Made by a program: the position numbers and the translations under genes
IMG/VR virus record: IMGVR_UViG_3300000203_000003
Span: 64,001-128,000 of that record
From: a virus
Lineage: Duplodnaviria > Caudoviricetes
Direction: 5' to 3' (one strand)
Length of the DNA: 64,000 bases
In this document: piece by piece, positions 40,732-50,890 of the stretch
Layout: each line of letters begins with the position of its first letter
Numbering within the stretch: position 1 is the stretch's first letter
Notes under the pieces: generated by a model
Told to the model about the DNA's origin: nothing
The model's database searches: none
The model's input: the letters and a program-made list of their open reading frames with translations, nothing else

Positions 40732-40754
40732 TCAACGCCTCTCTGTGCTATAAT
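40726..40754 (+). promoter_or_regulatory. Sigma70-type promoter
   Basis: TTGTAA-N17-TATAAT with TG extension. Confidence 0.55.
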
Positions 40755-40760
40755 AGCACA

Positions 40761-41264
40761 ATGAAAACTGATATTTACGGCCAACAAATTTACAACGAAG
40801 TAGATTTGTGTGGGTTCTTCATGCAAGACCCAGATCGTATGATAAAAGATGCTCTGGTTGAGTCCAAAATCTCGTTTGACTCGCTTGAACTAGAAAATGT
40901 GCCTAAGTTGAAGTTGTATCAAGATCCGAAACTAACCGTAGACGAATTTGATCAACAAAAACAATCTGATTGGTTCATGCCCGAAGAGTATCGACAGCTA
41001 GATATTGCTAAATGGGTTCTGGATCAGTGTAAAGATGAGAATGAACTTCAACGAGCAGGGGACGAGCTCCTGAAATACAATGACAGAAAAATGCTGGTGC
41101 TGCTACAATATCTTAAATATCTTGTAGACACCATGCGTCAGCATAAAATTGTATGGGGCGTGGGTCGGGGAAGTAGTGTTGCGAGTTTTGTGTTATACCT
41201 AATCGGTGTTCATCACATCAACTCACTCTATTACGACCTCGATATAAATGAGTTTTTAAAATAA
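40761..41264 (+). CDS. DNA polymerase III alpha-like fragment (split family C polymerase)
   Basis: WGVGRGSSVASFVLYLIGV matches DnaE GPGRGSAAGSLVAY.LGI. Confidence 0.75.
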   Translation: MKTDIYGQQIYNEVDLCGFFMQDPDRMIKDALVESKISFDSLELENVPKLKLYQDPKLTVDEFDQQKQSDWFMPEEYRQLDIAKWVLDQCKDENELQRAGDELLKYNDRKMLVLLQYLKYLVDTMRQHKIVWGVGRGSSVASFVLYLIGVHHINSLYYDLDINEFLK

Positions 41265-41274
41265 AGGAAATATT

Positions 41275-41670
41275 ATGGCAACACATCGATCAGCAATGGG
41301 CAAGTCAGTAGACATGGCTACACTTGCCGCTAAAAATGAAACAGTACGCGCAGTAGGTAACATGAAGGTTAATGCCCGCGGAGACTCTATCGATTCAATG
41401 GGTCGAGTAACACGCCCAGTCACTGAAAAAGTGAACAGCGCATACGCAAAGACTGTAGGTAATCGATCTGCTCAGGTAAAACCAGCAGCACCCCAAGTAG
41501 ATGCCGCGCGCCCAACACCGACTGCACCGGTAACAGTAGCTCCTATTGTAGCGACACCGGCAGCAGACCCATTCCAACTCAACGAGATTGAACTTGAACT
41601 TGAGAACAATCTTGAGGAAGAACTGGAAGTGGAACAGATCAAAGCAGCAGAAAAGAAAAGTAAGAAATAA
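41275..41670 (+). CDS. Hypothetical protein
   Basis: SD AAGGA. Confidence 0.7.
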   Translation: MATHRSAMGKSVDMATLAAKNETVRAVGNMKVNARGDSIDSMGRVTRPVTEKVNSAYAKTVGNRSAQVKPAAPQVDAARPTPTAPVTVAPIVATPAADPFQLNEIELELENNLEEELEVEQIKAAEKKSKK

Positions 41671-41671
41671 C

Positions 41672-42028
41672 ATGGCAGCAGCATACGCACCAACTGATAT
41701 CAAAGCACTTCACCCTCTACGCGACACTATTCTGGTAACAGAAATGTCGTTTGATGAGCGTGTCACCTCAACCGGCATCGTTCTTATCAACGATGATATG
41801 AAAAGTTCGGGCATTCGTCCTCGTTGGGGACGAGTGTATGCTGTCGGACCAGATCAGACTGATGTTAAAGTGGGTCAATACATCTGTATCGCTCACGGAC
41901 GTTGGACCCGCGGTGTTAAGATCAATGATGGAACGGGAAAATTGACCGTTAGAAAAGTTGACAACAACGACATCCTCCTGGTGAGTGATGAGCCAGTAGC
42001 CGATTACACAATGAGTGATAAAGTCTAA
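41672..42028 (+). CDS. groES: Co-chaperonin GroES-like
   Basis: LHPLRDTILV, TSTGIVL mobile loop, GRVYAVGP, VKVGQ, DIL. Confidence 0.8.
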   Translation: MAAAYAPTDIKALHPLRDTILVTEMSFDERVTSTGIVLINDDMKSSGIRPRWGRVYAVGPDQTDVKVGQYICIAHGRWTRGVKINDGTGKLTVRKVDNNDILLVSDEPVADYTMSDKV

Positions 42029-42034
42029 CCAATG

Positions 42035-42113
42035 ATAAATAGTAGTGTAGTTCGCGGGAGTGGAATCCCCAACTACTCTAACGCTTTAGAGGAGCATCAG
42101 CATGACTATTTAT
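42035..42113. ncRNA. Conserved two-hairpin endonuclease-associated element, copy C
   Basis: See findings. Confidence 0.7.
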
Positions 42114-42824
42114 TACCTCATGGTTAAGACCCATAATATCACTGGGTTAAAATACCTATGTCAAACCAAACGAAAAGATCCATTAAAATATTTGGGCTCA
42201 GGTTTACATTGGGGACGGCATCTTGCCATCCATGGTAAAGCAATCACAACCCTAATCCTCAAGGAATGTAGTTCAATTGAAGAAATAAAAGAATATGGAT
42301 TATATTATAGTGAATTGTGGAATATAGTTGATAGCGATGAGTGGGCAAATCTAAAACCTGAGGATGGTCAGGGCTGGGGTGAAGGTGAACATCACCCGAT
42401 GCGTGACCCAACGATTCGCGCAAAAATACAAGGTGACAACAATTACCAACGAAAACCGGATTATAGTTGCAGCCAAACTACAATAGACAAGATATCAGGT
42501 CAAAATCATTACAAAAGTCGGTCGGGGTATATTCCTATTGAGGTAAGTCGGGCTACTAAGAGTAAAATGTCAGCGTCACACTGGACAAAACAACCAAATG
42601 CAGGTGAAGTTAAATCCAAGATATCCGGTAAAAATAACTATCAATATAATCCTACCATCTATTGTTTCCATAATACTATTAATGGAGAGATAATAAGGAT
42701 GACGCGGTCTGAATTTAAAAATTATACAAATATGCCTAACAATCGGTTAGGAGCATTGATCAATAACAAAAAATATAAAGGGTGGAAGATATTAGATATC
42801 CCACCAAATGATGTTGACATATGA
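42102..42824 (+). CDS. Free-standing Seg-like GIY-YIG endonuclease
   Basis: IYYLMVKTHNITGLKYLCQT..YLGSG; WANL; C-terminal Y.F...KGW module. Confidence 0.75.
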   Translation: MTIYYLMVKTHNITGLKYLCQTKRKDPLKYLGSGLHWGRHLAIHGKAITTLILKECSSIEEIKEYGLYYSELWNIVDSDEWANLKPEDGQGWGEGEHHPMRDPTIRAKIQGDNNYQRKPDYSCSQTTIDKISGQNHYKSRSGYIPIEVSRATKSKMSASHWTKQPNAGEVKSKISGKNNYQYNPTIYCFHNTINGEIIRMTRSEFKNYTNMPNNRLGALINNKKYKGWKILDIPPNDVDI

Positions 42825-42842
42825 TATTGTTTCTGTTAAAAT
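42814..42842 (+). promoter_or_regulatory. Sigma70-type promoter
   Basis: TTGACA-N17-TAAAAT. Confidence 0.7.
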
Positions 42843-42866
42843 AAACTAACTTTTAAGGAAAATGAA

Positions 42867-43196
42867 ATGCAATGGTTAGACAAGTGGATCAGCAAAAAAG
42901 TTAAACAAGCATGGGACGAGGCGAATAAGCCGGCACGTGATGTTGAGGCAGAGGCATACAACAGTATGAAGATGTCAACAATCGGTGGAGGACTAAAGAA
43001 TACTATCAGCGGTTCCCCCAGGGCAATCGGAATGCAGTTCACGGTGTATCAGGCAAACGGCGGGCATGTACTGGAGTATCAATATTACGATCCCAAAACA
43101 GACAGACACGCTAACAGCCTGCATCTTATCACTGTCGATCAAAACATGGGCGAAGTGATCGGTCACGCAATAACTCTTGAAATGTTGAAACGATGA
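42867..43196 (+). CDS. Hypothetical protein
   Basis: SD AAGGA. Confidence 0.7.
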   Translation: MQWLDKWISKKVKQAWDEANKPARDVEAEAYNSMKMSTIGGGLKNTISGSPRAIGMQFTVYQANGGHVLEYQYYDPKTDRHANSLHLITVDQNMGEVIGHAITLEMLKR

Positions 43197-44125
43197 GTAT
43201 GATTTCACAACTTTGGGTAGAGCGTTACCGACCGAAGGTCATTGCTGATTATGTTTTTGTCGATGAACGACTGAAACAACAAGTAGAGGGTTGGGTTAAA
43301 GCAGGTAGCATCCCTCACTTACTATTGTCAGGTGATCCTGGCACAGGTAAGACTACACTGGCAAAAGTTCTGATCAATGAACTGGGTGTGTCTGACTATG
43401 ATGTGATGGAAATCAATGCGTCCAGAGAGCGCGGTATTGATATTGTTAAGACGAAGATCAATGGTTTCGCTCAAACTATGCCTTTCGGTAAGTTCAAGAT
43501 CATTCTACTTGACGAAGCAGATTACACAACGCCTGACTTTCAAGCTGCGTTACGATCTGACATGGAAGCGTATGCCGATACAGTCAGGTTCATTCTGACA
43601 TGTAACTACGAGGCAAAGATCATTCCGGCGCTGCGTGAAAGTCGCTGTCACAAGGTTCACATCGCCAAGCCAGATCGTGTTGAATTTACTGCACGGGCAG
43701 CAACAGTTCTTGTCACAGAAGGCGTCGAGTTTGACCTTGACACTCTTGACAGTTATATTCGTGTGACTTATCCCGATCTGCGTAAGACGCTGAATCAACT
43801 TCAAGTCAACAGCAGCACCGGTAAGTTGTTGCCACCGCAGGTGTCAGGTTCCAGTGAAAATGAACTGCTTATTGAAGCAACGACTTTGATCAAAGCAGGG
43901 AAGATTCTTGAAGGACGACAACAACTGATGCAGTATATTGCGCTGTATCCTACCCGGATCGAGGACACCTACAAGTGGATGTACGAAAATCTTGATCTGT
44001 GGGGCAAGTCGAATGAAAAACGTGACGCCAGCATCATCATAATCAGAAATGGTCTGGCAACGCTGCCTCTGGTGGGCATCCCTGAGATATCGCTGGCAGC
44101 TTCGCTGGTTGAACTTACTACTTAG
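43193..44125 (+). CDS. Clamp loader ATPase subunit (RFC / T4 gp44-like)
   Basis: LWVERYRP, GDPGTGKT, EINAS, LDEAD, FILTCNY, SRC motif. Confidence 0.92.
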   Translation: MSMISQLWVERYRPKVIADYVFVDERLKQQVEGWVKAGSIPHLLLSGDPGTGKTTLAKVLINELGVSDYDVMEINASRERGIDIVKTKINGFAQTMPFGKFKIILLDEADYTTPDFQAALRSDMEAYADTVRFILTCNYEAKIIPALRESRCHKVHIAKPDRVEFTARAATVLVTEGVEFDLDTLDSYIRVTYPDLRKTLNQLQVNSSTGKLLPPQVSGSSENELLIEATTLIKAGKILEGRQQLMQYIALYPTRIEDTYKWMYENLDLWGKSNEKRDASIIIIRNGLATLPLVGIPEISLAASLVELTT

Positions 44126-44133
44126 GAACAAAC

Positions 44134-44403
44134 ATGAGATACTTACTTATTACATTCGTCCGTAAACCGGGCGGTCAGATTGACGAAATGGTCACTGTGT
44201 CGAAGCGAGTAAAGACTTCTGATCTGCAAACTTGTAATGTGATTATGGATTACGGCAAGAAGAAAGTCGATAAGTGCGTTATCGAAGGCAAGGTCCTGGA
44301 GCGAGACTGGGAAAATATGAATGGGTACTACAAAAAGATTTACCCTAAATTGATCGATCAGCTTGAGAAAGAAGCACCGATCACAACTAAAGCAAAGAAA
44401 TAA
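44134..44403 (+). CDS. Hypothetical protein
   Basis: SD AGGA. Confidence 0.7.
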   Translation: MRYLLITFVRKPGGQIDEMVTVSKRVKTSDLQTCNVIMDYGKKKVDKCVIEGKVLERDWENMNGYYKKIYPKLIDQLEKEAPITTKAKK

Positions 44404-44431
44404 AAAACGGGGCCATGAGCCCCGTTTAGTT
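44402..44431. terminator. Bidirectional terminator
   Basis: AAAAAACGGGGC-CATGA-GCCCCGTTT. Confidence 0.75.
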
Positions 44432-45213
44432 TATGAGTACAATCTAAGTACCTGTTCAATGATTCTGTGTCGCTGAACATCTTTAACTTCAAACTCACAC
44501 GCAGTAATCCCTGCTACCGGCCGCTTATCTAATCTGTTAACTAAATCTAACAAACCATTATCTGCTTTCTTCTGGTCTGTCTGATCGGTATCACCTGTCA
44601 GGATAATCTTGGAGTTCTGTCCAATACGTGTCATCAACATCTTTAACTGTCCTGGTTTGGCATTCTGGCCTTCATCAAGAATGATGATAGAGTCTTTGAA
44701 CGTGCGACCACGCATGAATCCAAGAGGGGAGAACTCAATGGTCTGTTCGGCCATCATCTCTGTAAGTTCTTTGACAGTGTAATACTCATGCAGAATATCA
44801 ACCATTGGACGAACCCAAGGGGCAAGTTTTTCGTTCAGATCACCTGGCAAGAAACCGTGATCTTCATCTTCAACAGCAACCGCAGGGCGTGTTAACACAA
44901 TGCGTTTACACTCACCGGCGCGTAGTGCTTTGACTGCTGCAAGAATAGCAAGATACGTTTTACCGGTACCGGCTGGTCCAGATACGACTACGATATCTGT
45001 GTCTTGGTCAAGTAAAGCAATGATGTATTTTTCTTGGTTGAGAGACTTGGGGACGAGAACGACTGGCCTTTTGTTGACTTTTGGCGCTTTTTGAGTTTGA
45101 GCAAAGTCTATTGTTTTGGAGTCGTTTAGATAAAATGATTTTTGGTTCTTTCTTTTGTCTTGTAAAAATGGGATATCCTGATCGCGTACAGCACTTGTGC
45201 GTTTTCTTGACAT
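44431..45213 (-). CDS. phoH: PhoH-family ATPase
   Basis: GPAGTGKT, LTRPAV, GFLPG, MRGRT, DEGQN, TRIG, GD..Q.D, RH. Confidence 0.95.
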   Translation of the reverse strand: MSRKRTSAVRDQDIPFLQDKRKNQKSFYLNDSKTIDFAQTQKAPKVNKRPVVLVPKSLNQEKYIIALLDQDTDIVVVSGPAGTGKTYLAILAAVKALRAGECKRIVLTRPAVAVEDEDHGFLPGDLNEKLAPWVRPMVDILHEYYTVKELTEMMAEQTIEFSPLGFMRGRTFKDSIIILDEGQNAKPGQLKMLMTRIGQNSKIILTGDTDQTDQKKADNGLLDLVNRLDKRPVAGITACEFEVKDVQRHRIIEQVLRLYS

Positions 45214-45324
45214 GTATAGATCCTTTAAGGAGTGTGAAATGAGAAGACCATCTTCTCAATAGTATTTAAGTTGTGTTCATCCTTAAGATAGTGCTAGTTA
45301 TTGCTTAATGCGGTTTACTAAATA

Positions 45325-46017
45325 TTAAGCTAGATGCATACTCCATCCGCTTACTGATTTGCGATTGCCTAAAACCAGTTCATTAATATTACCGGGGTGC
45401 AAATTATATGCTATTACCAGTGCTTTCTTAGTAGAATTAACTATCGTATTGGTCGCTGAGTGAAGGAATGAATATCTAGTAGCCGGGATGTCAGACAATC
45501 TCCATCCCTTTAAGAATTGTAACTTGCCACTAGTCAGTTCCCCGACTCCGCTCTTATACATACCGAATTCCCTACAAAATTCCGACCGAACCATTCTGAC
45601 ATGTCGGTCAGTCTCATTGTGATAAAAATCATAGATGGTGTGGTCATAATTATACGCATTTTTACCTTTAATATGATTTTTTGCAATTATTTTGATATGC
45701 TCGTATGAGCGTGATGTTACTCTCCCGTTGTACCTGCTCATTCTACACATCGTCATAAATGCATAACACATTCTTGCCTTATGTTCACTGGTTGTTATCT
45801 TAGTAAGTAACCAATGGGCGATAAAATGTTCTCGTATGGTAAGTGCAACGGTGTGAGTACCGCCCATTGACTTAGGAATAAAATGGTGCCGTTCAACATT
45901 TGTTTTAAGTCGCGCCCTTTGTTGAGCGTTAATAATAAGTTGCACATACCATGCGCTGTACTTGTTATTTAAGAATACGTTTGTATTAAGGTGCTCGGCG
46001 AGTGAATAAATAGTCAT
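45325..46017 (-). CDS. Free-standing HNH endonuclease
   Basis: ERHHFIPKSMGG...LTIREHFIAHWLL; two C-terminal Y.F.H...GW modules; start MTIYS. Confidence 0.85.
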   Translation of the reverse strand: MTIYSLAEHLNTNVFLNNKYSAWYVQLIINAQQRARLKTNVERHHFIPKSMGGTHTVALTIREHFIAHWLLTKITTSEHKARMCYAFMTMCRMSRYNGRVTSRSYEHIKIIAKNHIKGKNAYNYDHTIYDFYHNETDRHVRMVRSEFCREFGMYKSGVGELTSGKLQFLKGWRLSDIPATRYSFLHSATNTIVNSTKKALVIAYNLHPGNINELVLGNRKSVSGWSMHLA

Positions 46018-46084
46018 GCTGATGATCCTCCAGATCGTTAGAGAGGGCGGGAATCTCACCTCCGTGGCTCTCACTTTTATTTAT
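46005..46084. ncRNA. Conserved two-hairpin endonuclease-associated element, copy D
   Basis: See findings. Confidence 0.7.
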
Positions 46085-46116
46085 GCCAAAACTACAAATA
46101 AAGATAAATACTTAAT

Positions 46117-46725
46117 ATGAAAACAGCCGACGAATTTTTCGATAACATTGACTACCCCAGCATCATTGACACTATCAAAGGTATCTATACCTCAGATGGA
46201 TCTATGTCAACCCTACTCGACTTTGAGCGATGCTTGGACGAAGCCAATCTTTACGCATTTAAGAACTGGGAACTTGGCGAGTTGGTAGACGGACCGCGAG
46301 TGAAGAAATACACGGTGTCATGCGTATTCATGTGGCCGCACAAGCTGATGCCCGATCCACGCGGCGCCAAGAGATTACTGTCTGTTGGGTGCAAGATCAA
46401 GTTCAAGAAAACAAAAATCAAAGTCCCGGTTCAAGTAGAAACACCCGATGATTATCTACCCGGCGGCCGATATCCGAAGTCAGTTATGAAACCAATCTGG
46501 TTGATTCTTATTCAGATCCCAACAGAGTTGATGGATGATGTTAAAGAAGGTTCTATTGATCTTGCTGATCAAACTATTGATCTGGAGGAACTTGACGATT
46601 CGTATGACGAGGATCTGGATCAAGATGACGGCACTGAGGACGAGGAGCCAGGTGGTCAGCCCGGTCCTGAAGATCAAGGTGCTCCGGGACAAGCAGGCGG
46701 AATGCCACCCCCACCACAGATGTAA
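46117..46725 (+). CDS. Hypothetical protein with acidic tail
   Basis: TAAATA-N6-ATG. Confidence 0.75.
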   Translation: MKTADEFFDNIDYPSIIDTIKGIYTSDGSMSTLLDFERCLDEANLYAFKNWELGELVDGPRVKKYTVSCVFMWPHKLMPDPRGAKRLLSVGCKIKFKKTKIKVPVQVETPDDYLPGGRYPKSVMKPIWLILIQIPTELMDDVKEGSIDLADQTIDLEELDDSYDEDLDQDDGTEDEEPGGQPGPEDQGAPGQAGGMPPPPQM

Positions 46726-46726
46726 T

Positions 46727-47287
46727 ATGAACAAAATACTATCAGAAGGTTTAGATTGGCATGACCTCGAAGGTCAGCTTGAAAAAATAGTCAGTGTTGA
46801 TGACTATAGCGCACACATGGGCGAAGATTGCGATATCGTGACTCTGGCTTTCATCATCAGATCAGAACGAGCAGGCAACGATCTTGTTGACTGGTTCGAG
46901 CGCGGATATGATTGGGTGCTTGATGCTCAAGTAAGCGAAGGTGAACTACGTCCCGGTCGTTATGTTGTGTTCGTTGAGCTAAGTCGCCGCACAACTGTTC
47001 CTGAAAGAATCATTGAGTTGCTTGCAGACATGGAAACACTTACTGATATTCCATTGAAAGACTGGACTATCAAAGTTGACGATGAAGAATATCCCGCTGA
47101 AGAAGATGTGCTAAGTCAGGTCATCGTTCTTTCTCCGCATGAGTATCGTGAAGAAGAAGAAACCAACGACAACGAAACTGAAGAAGGACTTAATGAAGTT
47201 CGCAAGGCGGCAGGCATTCCAGTTAAGCAGATTTATAATGCTGCTGATACTGAGATGAAAAACTACAAGGCGTTAGCAGGCCTGTAA
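46727..47287 (+). CDS. Hypothetical protein (acidic)
   Basis: Start MNKILSE just after upstream stop. Confidence 0.7.
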   Translation: MNKILSEGLDWHDLEGQLEKIVSVDDYSAHMGEDCDIVTLAFIIRSERAGNDLVDWFERGYDWVLDAQVSEGELRPGRYVVFVELSRRTTVPERIIELLADMETLTDIPLKDWTIKVDDEEYPAEEDVLSQVIVLSPHEYREEEETNDNETEEGLNEVRKAAGIPVKQIYNAADTEMKNYKALAGL

Positions 47288-47776
47288 ATGGCAACTATAC
47301 TGGCAAGAAAAGTCCAGGACGAGATTCCAATTGCGACTGACGATGAGGCTGAAAGTCTACTTGTCGCAGATCCTACAGTAACCCAATTCTCGTCAAACTA
47401 CGGTTCCAATCAAGGAACCTCTTTCGGTTCTACATATAACAACAACCAATCAAATAGTTCGACCCCAGTGTTAACTGGTGCTGCACCGTCGAACGCCGCA
47501 TCAGGTGCTGACATTTTGGTAAAAGCAGACGAACACTGGATTAACAGACGCTGGCGCCCTGCAATGGGTTGGTTGTATATGGCAACTTGTCTGTTCGACT
47601 TCATCCTCTTTCCGATTCTATGGAGCATATTACAAGCACTGACAAAAGGATCGGTAACTATGCAATGGCAACCACTGACCTTGCAAGGTGCCGGTCTGTA
47701 TCACATCGCTATGGGCGCGGTGCTTGGCATCGCAGCATATGGCAGAACTCAAGAAAAGATTTCCGGATCCAATTGA
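47288..47776 (+). CDS. Holin (3TM/GTA-holin-like)
   Basis: WRPAMGWLY, TM helices, LGIAAYGRTQEK. Confidence 0.7.
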   Translation: MATILARKVQDEIPIATDDEAESLLVADPTVTQFSSNYGSNQGTSFGSTYNNNQSNSSTPVLTGAAPSNAASGADILVKADEHWINRRWRPAMGWLYMATCLFDFILFPILWSILQALTKGSVTMQWQPLTLQGAGLYHIAMGAVLGIAAYGRTQEKISGSN

Positions 47777-47801
47777 CATTTATTCAAATATAGTGTATAA
47801 T
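47773..47801 (+). promoter_or_regulatory. Consensus sigma70 promoter for dnaJ-clpA
   Basis: TTGACA-N17-TATAAT, ATG 5 nt downstream. Confidence 0.85.
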
Positions 47802-47806
47802 ACGCT

Positions 47807-48595
47807 ATGGACCATTATAAAACGCTCGGCGTCACGAAGACTGCCACGCAAGACGAAATCAAATCTGCTTACCGAAAACTAGCAAGCAAGCACCACCCTG
47901 ATAAAGGTGGCAACACAGGTGAGTTTCAGAAGATTCAGACAGCATACGACATACTTGGTGACGCAGATAAGCGACAAGAATATGATAACCCTCGCCCTCA
48001 AATGGGCAGCGGCTTCCCAGGTGGATTCAACTTCGGTCACGGTGGCAATCCGTTTGAAGATATGATGAGCCAGATTCTCAGACAGCGGCACTCGCAGCCA
48101 CAACAGCAAGTATATCGAACGACTATCTGGATCTCATTGGAACAGGTGTATAGCGGCGCCGAGCAAATACTTCAACTACAAACACCAACTGGTACACAGA
48201 CTGCAAAAGTAGCAGTGCCAAAAGGGATTCAAGATGGTGGACAGGTCCGTTTAGAAAACATCATCGAAGGTGCCTCTCTGATAGCAGAGTTCCGAACTCA
48301 CCAGCATCTCAAGTATACACGACACGGGCAAGACCTGGTGTGTAATCAGCAGATATCAGTTCTGGATCTGATTGTGGGCACATCATTTGAGTTCCAGACT
48401 ATATCCGGTAAAACACTTGAGGTAACTATCCCACCCAAAACACAACCATATAACCAGATGAAGATAGCCGGTCATGGATTGCCGATTCCAAATAGTCCGG
48501 CGTTTGGTGACCAAATAATCTTGCTTAAACCATTCATACCTGTTACAATAGACGAATCGATAACTAACGCTATTTTGCAGGCCAAAGCAAAGTAA
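47807..48595 (+). CDS. dnaJ: DnaJ-class chaperone (J domain + C-terminal domain, no zinc finger)
   Basis: HPD motif, G/F-rich linker, VPKGI..G, GHGLP...GD. Confidence 0.9.
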   Translation: MDHYKTLGVTKTATQDEIKSAYRKLASKHHPDKGGNTGEFQKIQTAYDILGDADKRQEYDNPRPQMGSGFPGGFNFGHGGNPFEDMMSQILRQRHSQPQQQVYRTTIWISLEQVYSGAEQILQLQTPTGTQTAKVAVPKGIQDGGQVRLENIIEGASLIAEFRTHQHLKYTRHGQDLVCNQQISVLDLIVGTSFEFQTISGKTLEVTIPPKTQPYNQMKIAGHGLPIPNSPAFGDQIILLKPFIPVTIDESITNAILQAKAK

Positions 48596-48613
48596 ATATT
48601 TAAAAGGAAATAC

Positions 48614-50890
48614 ATGACCAACTCACCTGAAACAGAAGCAATCATTGAATCGGCGATTGCCTTCGCAAAAGAGCGCAAACATCAGTATTGCACCATTGAA
48701 CATCTTTTACTTGCGTTGGTAAGTCACCCGCCATTCAAGAAATGTCTGACAAGCTTCGGCGCTGACACTGATGCACTAATCAATGAACTTAGTGCGTATC
48801 TGGGCAGTCTTCATGCTATCGTTGCAAATGTCGCCCCTGAAGAGGAAGTTAATCCTCGCAGGACAAACTCACTGGAGCGCGTGATGAATCGATCAGTGAC
48901 ACAGGTTCTGTTCACCGGACGCAAACAAGTCACCACAATTGATCTGTATCTGAGCATCGCCACAGAAGCTAATAGTCATGCTCACTACTTCCTGTTGAAG
49001 TACGGTGTCATTCGCAACGAGTTTGTTCAACACTGGCAAAAGACTTACAAGGGCGCTGAATACACAACTGCTTTGTCAGATGGTCAAGCTGACGAAATCC
49101 TCGAAGAACACACAACTAATCTTACTCTACTTGCTAAACACGGCAAGCTGGAGCCGATGATTGGTCGTATTCAGGAGCTTGATGACATTGCTAATGTATT
49201 GGCAAAACGCTTTAAATCAAATGTGTTGATGGTGGGCGACCCCGGCGTAGGTAAGACAGCAATCGCAGAAGGTCTTGCCCAGATGATCGTTGATAAGTCA
49301 GCGCCTGAGTTCCTACATGATCACGAAATGTATTCGCTTGAAATCGGATCATTGCTTGCTGGCAGTAAGTATCGCGGTGACTTTGAAGAAAAAGTCAAAG
49401 CAGTTCTGGAAGCACTGAACACCAAGAAGAAAGCTATTCTGTTCATTGACGAAGCTCATACGATGCAGGGCGCCGGCGGCAGCACCTCAGGTGCAGTTGA
49501 CTTTGCGAACATGATTAAGCCAGCTATCACCAAAGGCACTCTGAAAGTTATCGCCTCGACAACTTGGGAAGAGTATTACGAATCGTTTGAAAAGGACAGG
49601 GCGTTGATGCGTCGATTCTATCGTGTGTCTATTGACGAGCCAAGTCACGATTCTACGATTCGCATCCTGTCTGGTCTCAGTACACGACTAAGCGACTTTC
49701 ACGATGTTCAAATCACTGACGAAGCAATCACCGCAGCAGTTGATTCAGCAGCGCGATACATTCACGACCGCAAGAATCCTGACAAGTCTATCGATGTGCT
49801 TGACGGCGCCTGCGCTAAACAACGTGTGCTTGGCAACAAGCAAGCAGTGATCACTAAAGAGTTGATTCACGAACAAGTTGAACGCATGACCGGTGTACCT
49901 GCTGAAAAGTTGTCAGGTGACAACTATGATCGTATTGCATCGCTTGAGTTGAACATCAAGGGCAAGCTGTACGGGCAAGATGAAACTGTCAGTCAAGTGT
50001 TGGAACGCATCTATGTCAGCTTTGCAGGTATCGGAAACGACACCAAGCCTACAGCATCGTTTATCTTCACTGGACCAACTGGTACTGGTAAGACAGAACT
50101 GGCACGACTGTTAAGCAAAAATCTTGATATGCCGCTGCTCAAATATGATATGAGTGAATACAGCGAGAAACATTCCGTGTCAGCATTGATCGGTCCGCCC
50201 CCGGGCTATGTAGGCTTCGGTGACAGTCAAGTTGGCGGCGGCCGATTGATCAATGATCTGAGCAAGAACCCGCACAGCATCATGCTATTTGATGAAGTTG
50301 AAAAAGCTCATCCTGATATCTTCAACATCTTTCTTCAAATGCTTGACGAAGGACGCATCACTGGTTCGAATGGTAAAGAAGTCAGTTGCAAAAACTCTAT
50401 CATCATCATGACCAGTAATCTCGGTTCTGCTGATGGCGAGAAGAATAACATCGGCTTCGGCACACAAGAAAAGCACGGTGAAGATGACAAAGCACTCAAG
50501 GAATTCTTCAAGCCTGAATTCAGGAATCGCATCGATCTGATCTGTAAGTTCGGCAAGCTGGACACCCTGGCGATCAAGAAAATCGTTATCAAGTTCACTG
50601 AGGAACTGAAAAAATCTCTTATTGAGAAACATCAGATTACATTCTCGTTATCTGAGCCGGTTGTCGAGTTCCTGGCAAATCAAGGTTACGATCCTAAGAT
50701 GGGCGCCAGGCCCCTTGGTCGTAAGATTGACGAACTGGTCAGAATTCCGCTGAGTAAGAAGATTCTGTTTGAGCGTGTGAAGAATGCAACTGTCACGGCG
50801 GTGATGGTTGACGGTGCAATCGGGTTCAATGTAGTTCAGAAAGTCAATGCTCACATCGGTGAAGATGGAGTGATTCAGCTTGAAAGTTGA
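48614..50890 (+). CDS. clpA: ATP-dependent Clp ATPase (ClpA-like)
   Basis: Clp-N domain, two AAA modules (GDPGVGKT, GPTGTGKT), KYRGDFEE, IGF loop, no ClpB middle domain. Confidence 0.9.
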   Translation: MTNSPETEAIIESAIAFAKERKHQYCTIEHLLLALVSHPPFKKCLTSFGADTDALINELSAYLGSLHAIVANVAPEEEVNPRRTNSLERVMNRSVTQVLFTGRKQVTTIDLYLSIATEANSHAHYFLLKYGVIRNEFVQHWQKTYKGAEYTTALSDGQADEILEEHTTNLTLLAKHGKLEPMIGRIQELDDIANVLAKRFKSNVLMVGDPGVGKTAIAEGLAQMIVDKSAPEFLHDHEMYSLEIGSLLAGSKYRGDFEEKVKAVLEALNTKKKAILFIDEAHTMQGAGGSTSGAVDFANMIKPAITKGTLKVIASTTWEEYYESFEKDRALMRRFYRVSIDEPSHDSTIRILSGLSTRLSDFHDVQITDEAITAAVDSAARYIHDRKNPDKSIDVLDGACAKQRVLGNKQAVITKELIHEQVERMTGVPAEKLSGDNYDRIASLELNIKGKLYGQDETVSQVLERIYVSFAGIGNDTKPTASFIFTGPTGTGKTELARLLSKNLDMPLLKYDMSEYSEKHSVSALIGPPPGYVGFGDSQVGGGRLINDLSKNPHSIMLFDEVEKAHPDIFNIFLQMLDEGRITGSNGKEVSCKNSIIIMTSNLGSADGEKNNIGFGTQEKHGEDDKALKEFFKPEFRNRIDLICKFGKLDTLAIKKIVIKFTEELKKSLIEKHQITFSLSEPVVEFLANQGYDPKMGARPLGRKIDELVRIPLSKKILFERVKNATVTAVMVDGAIGFNVVQKVNAHIGEDGVIQLES

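Noticed and set aside
46018-46074. N-terminal extensions of ORFs 45325..46074 (MRATE...) and 2164..2886
   Set aside because: They run through the structured element; SD position and paralogs support the MTIY starts. The match to MRATE of ORF 62255 is treated as chance.
46005-46084. CTGATGA in copy D as a hammerhead ribozyme core
   Set aside because: Not conserved in the other copies and no GAAA core segment.
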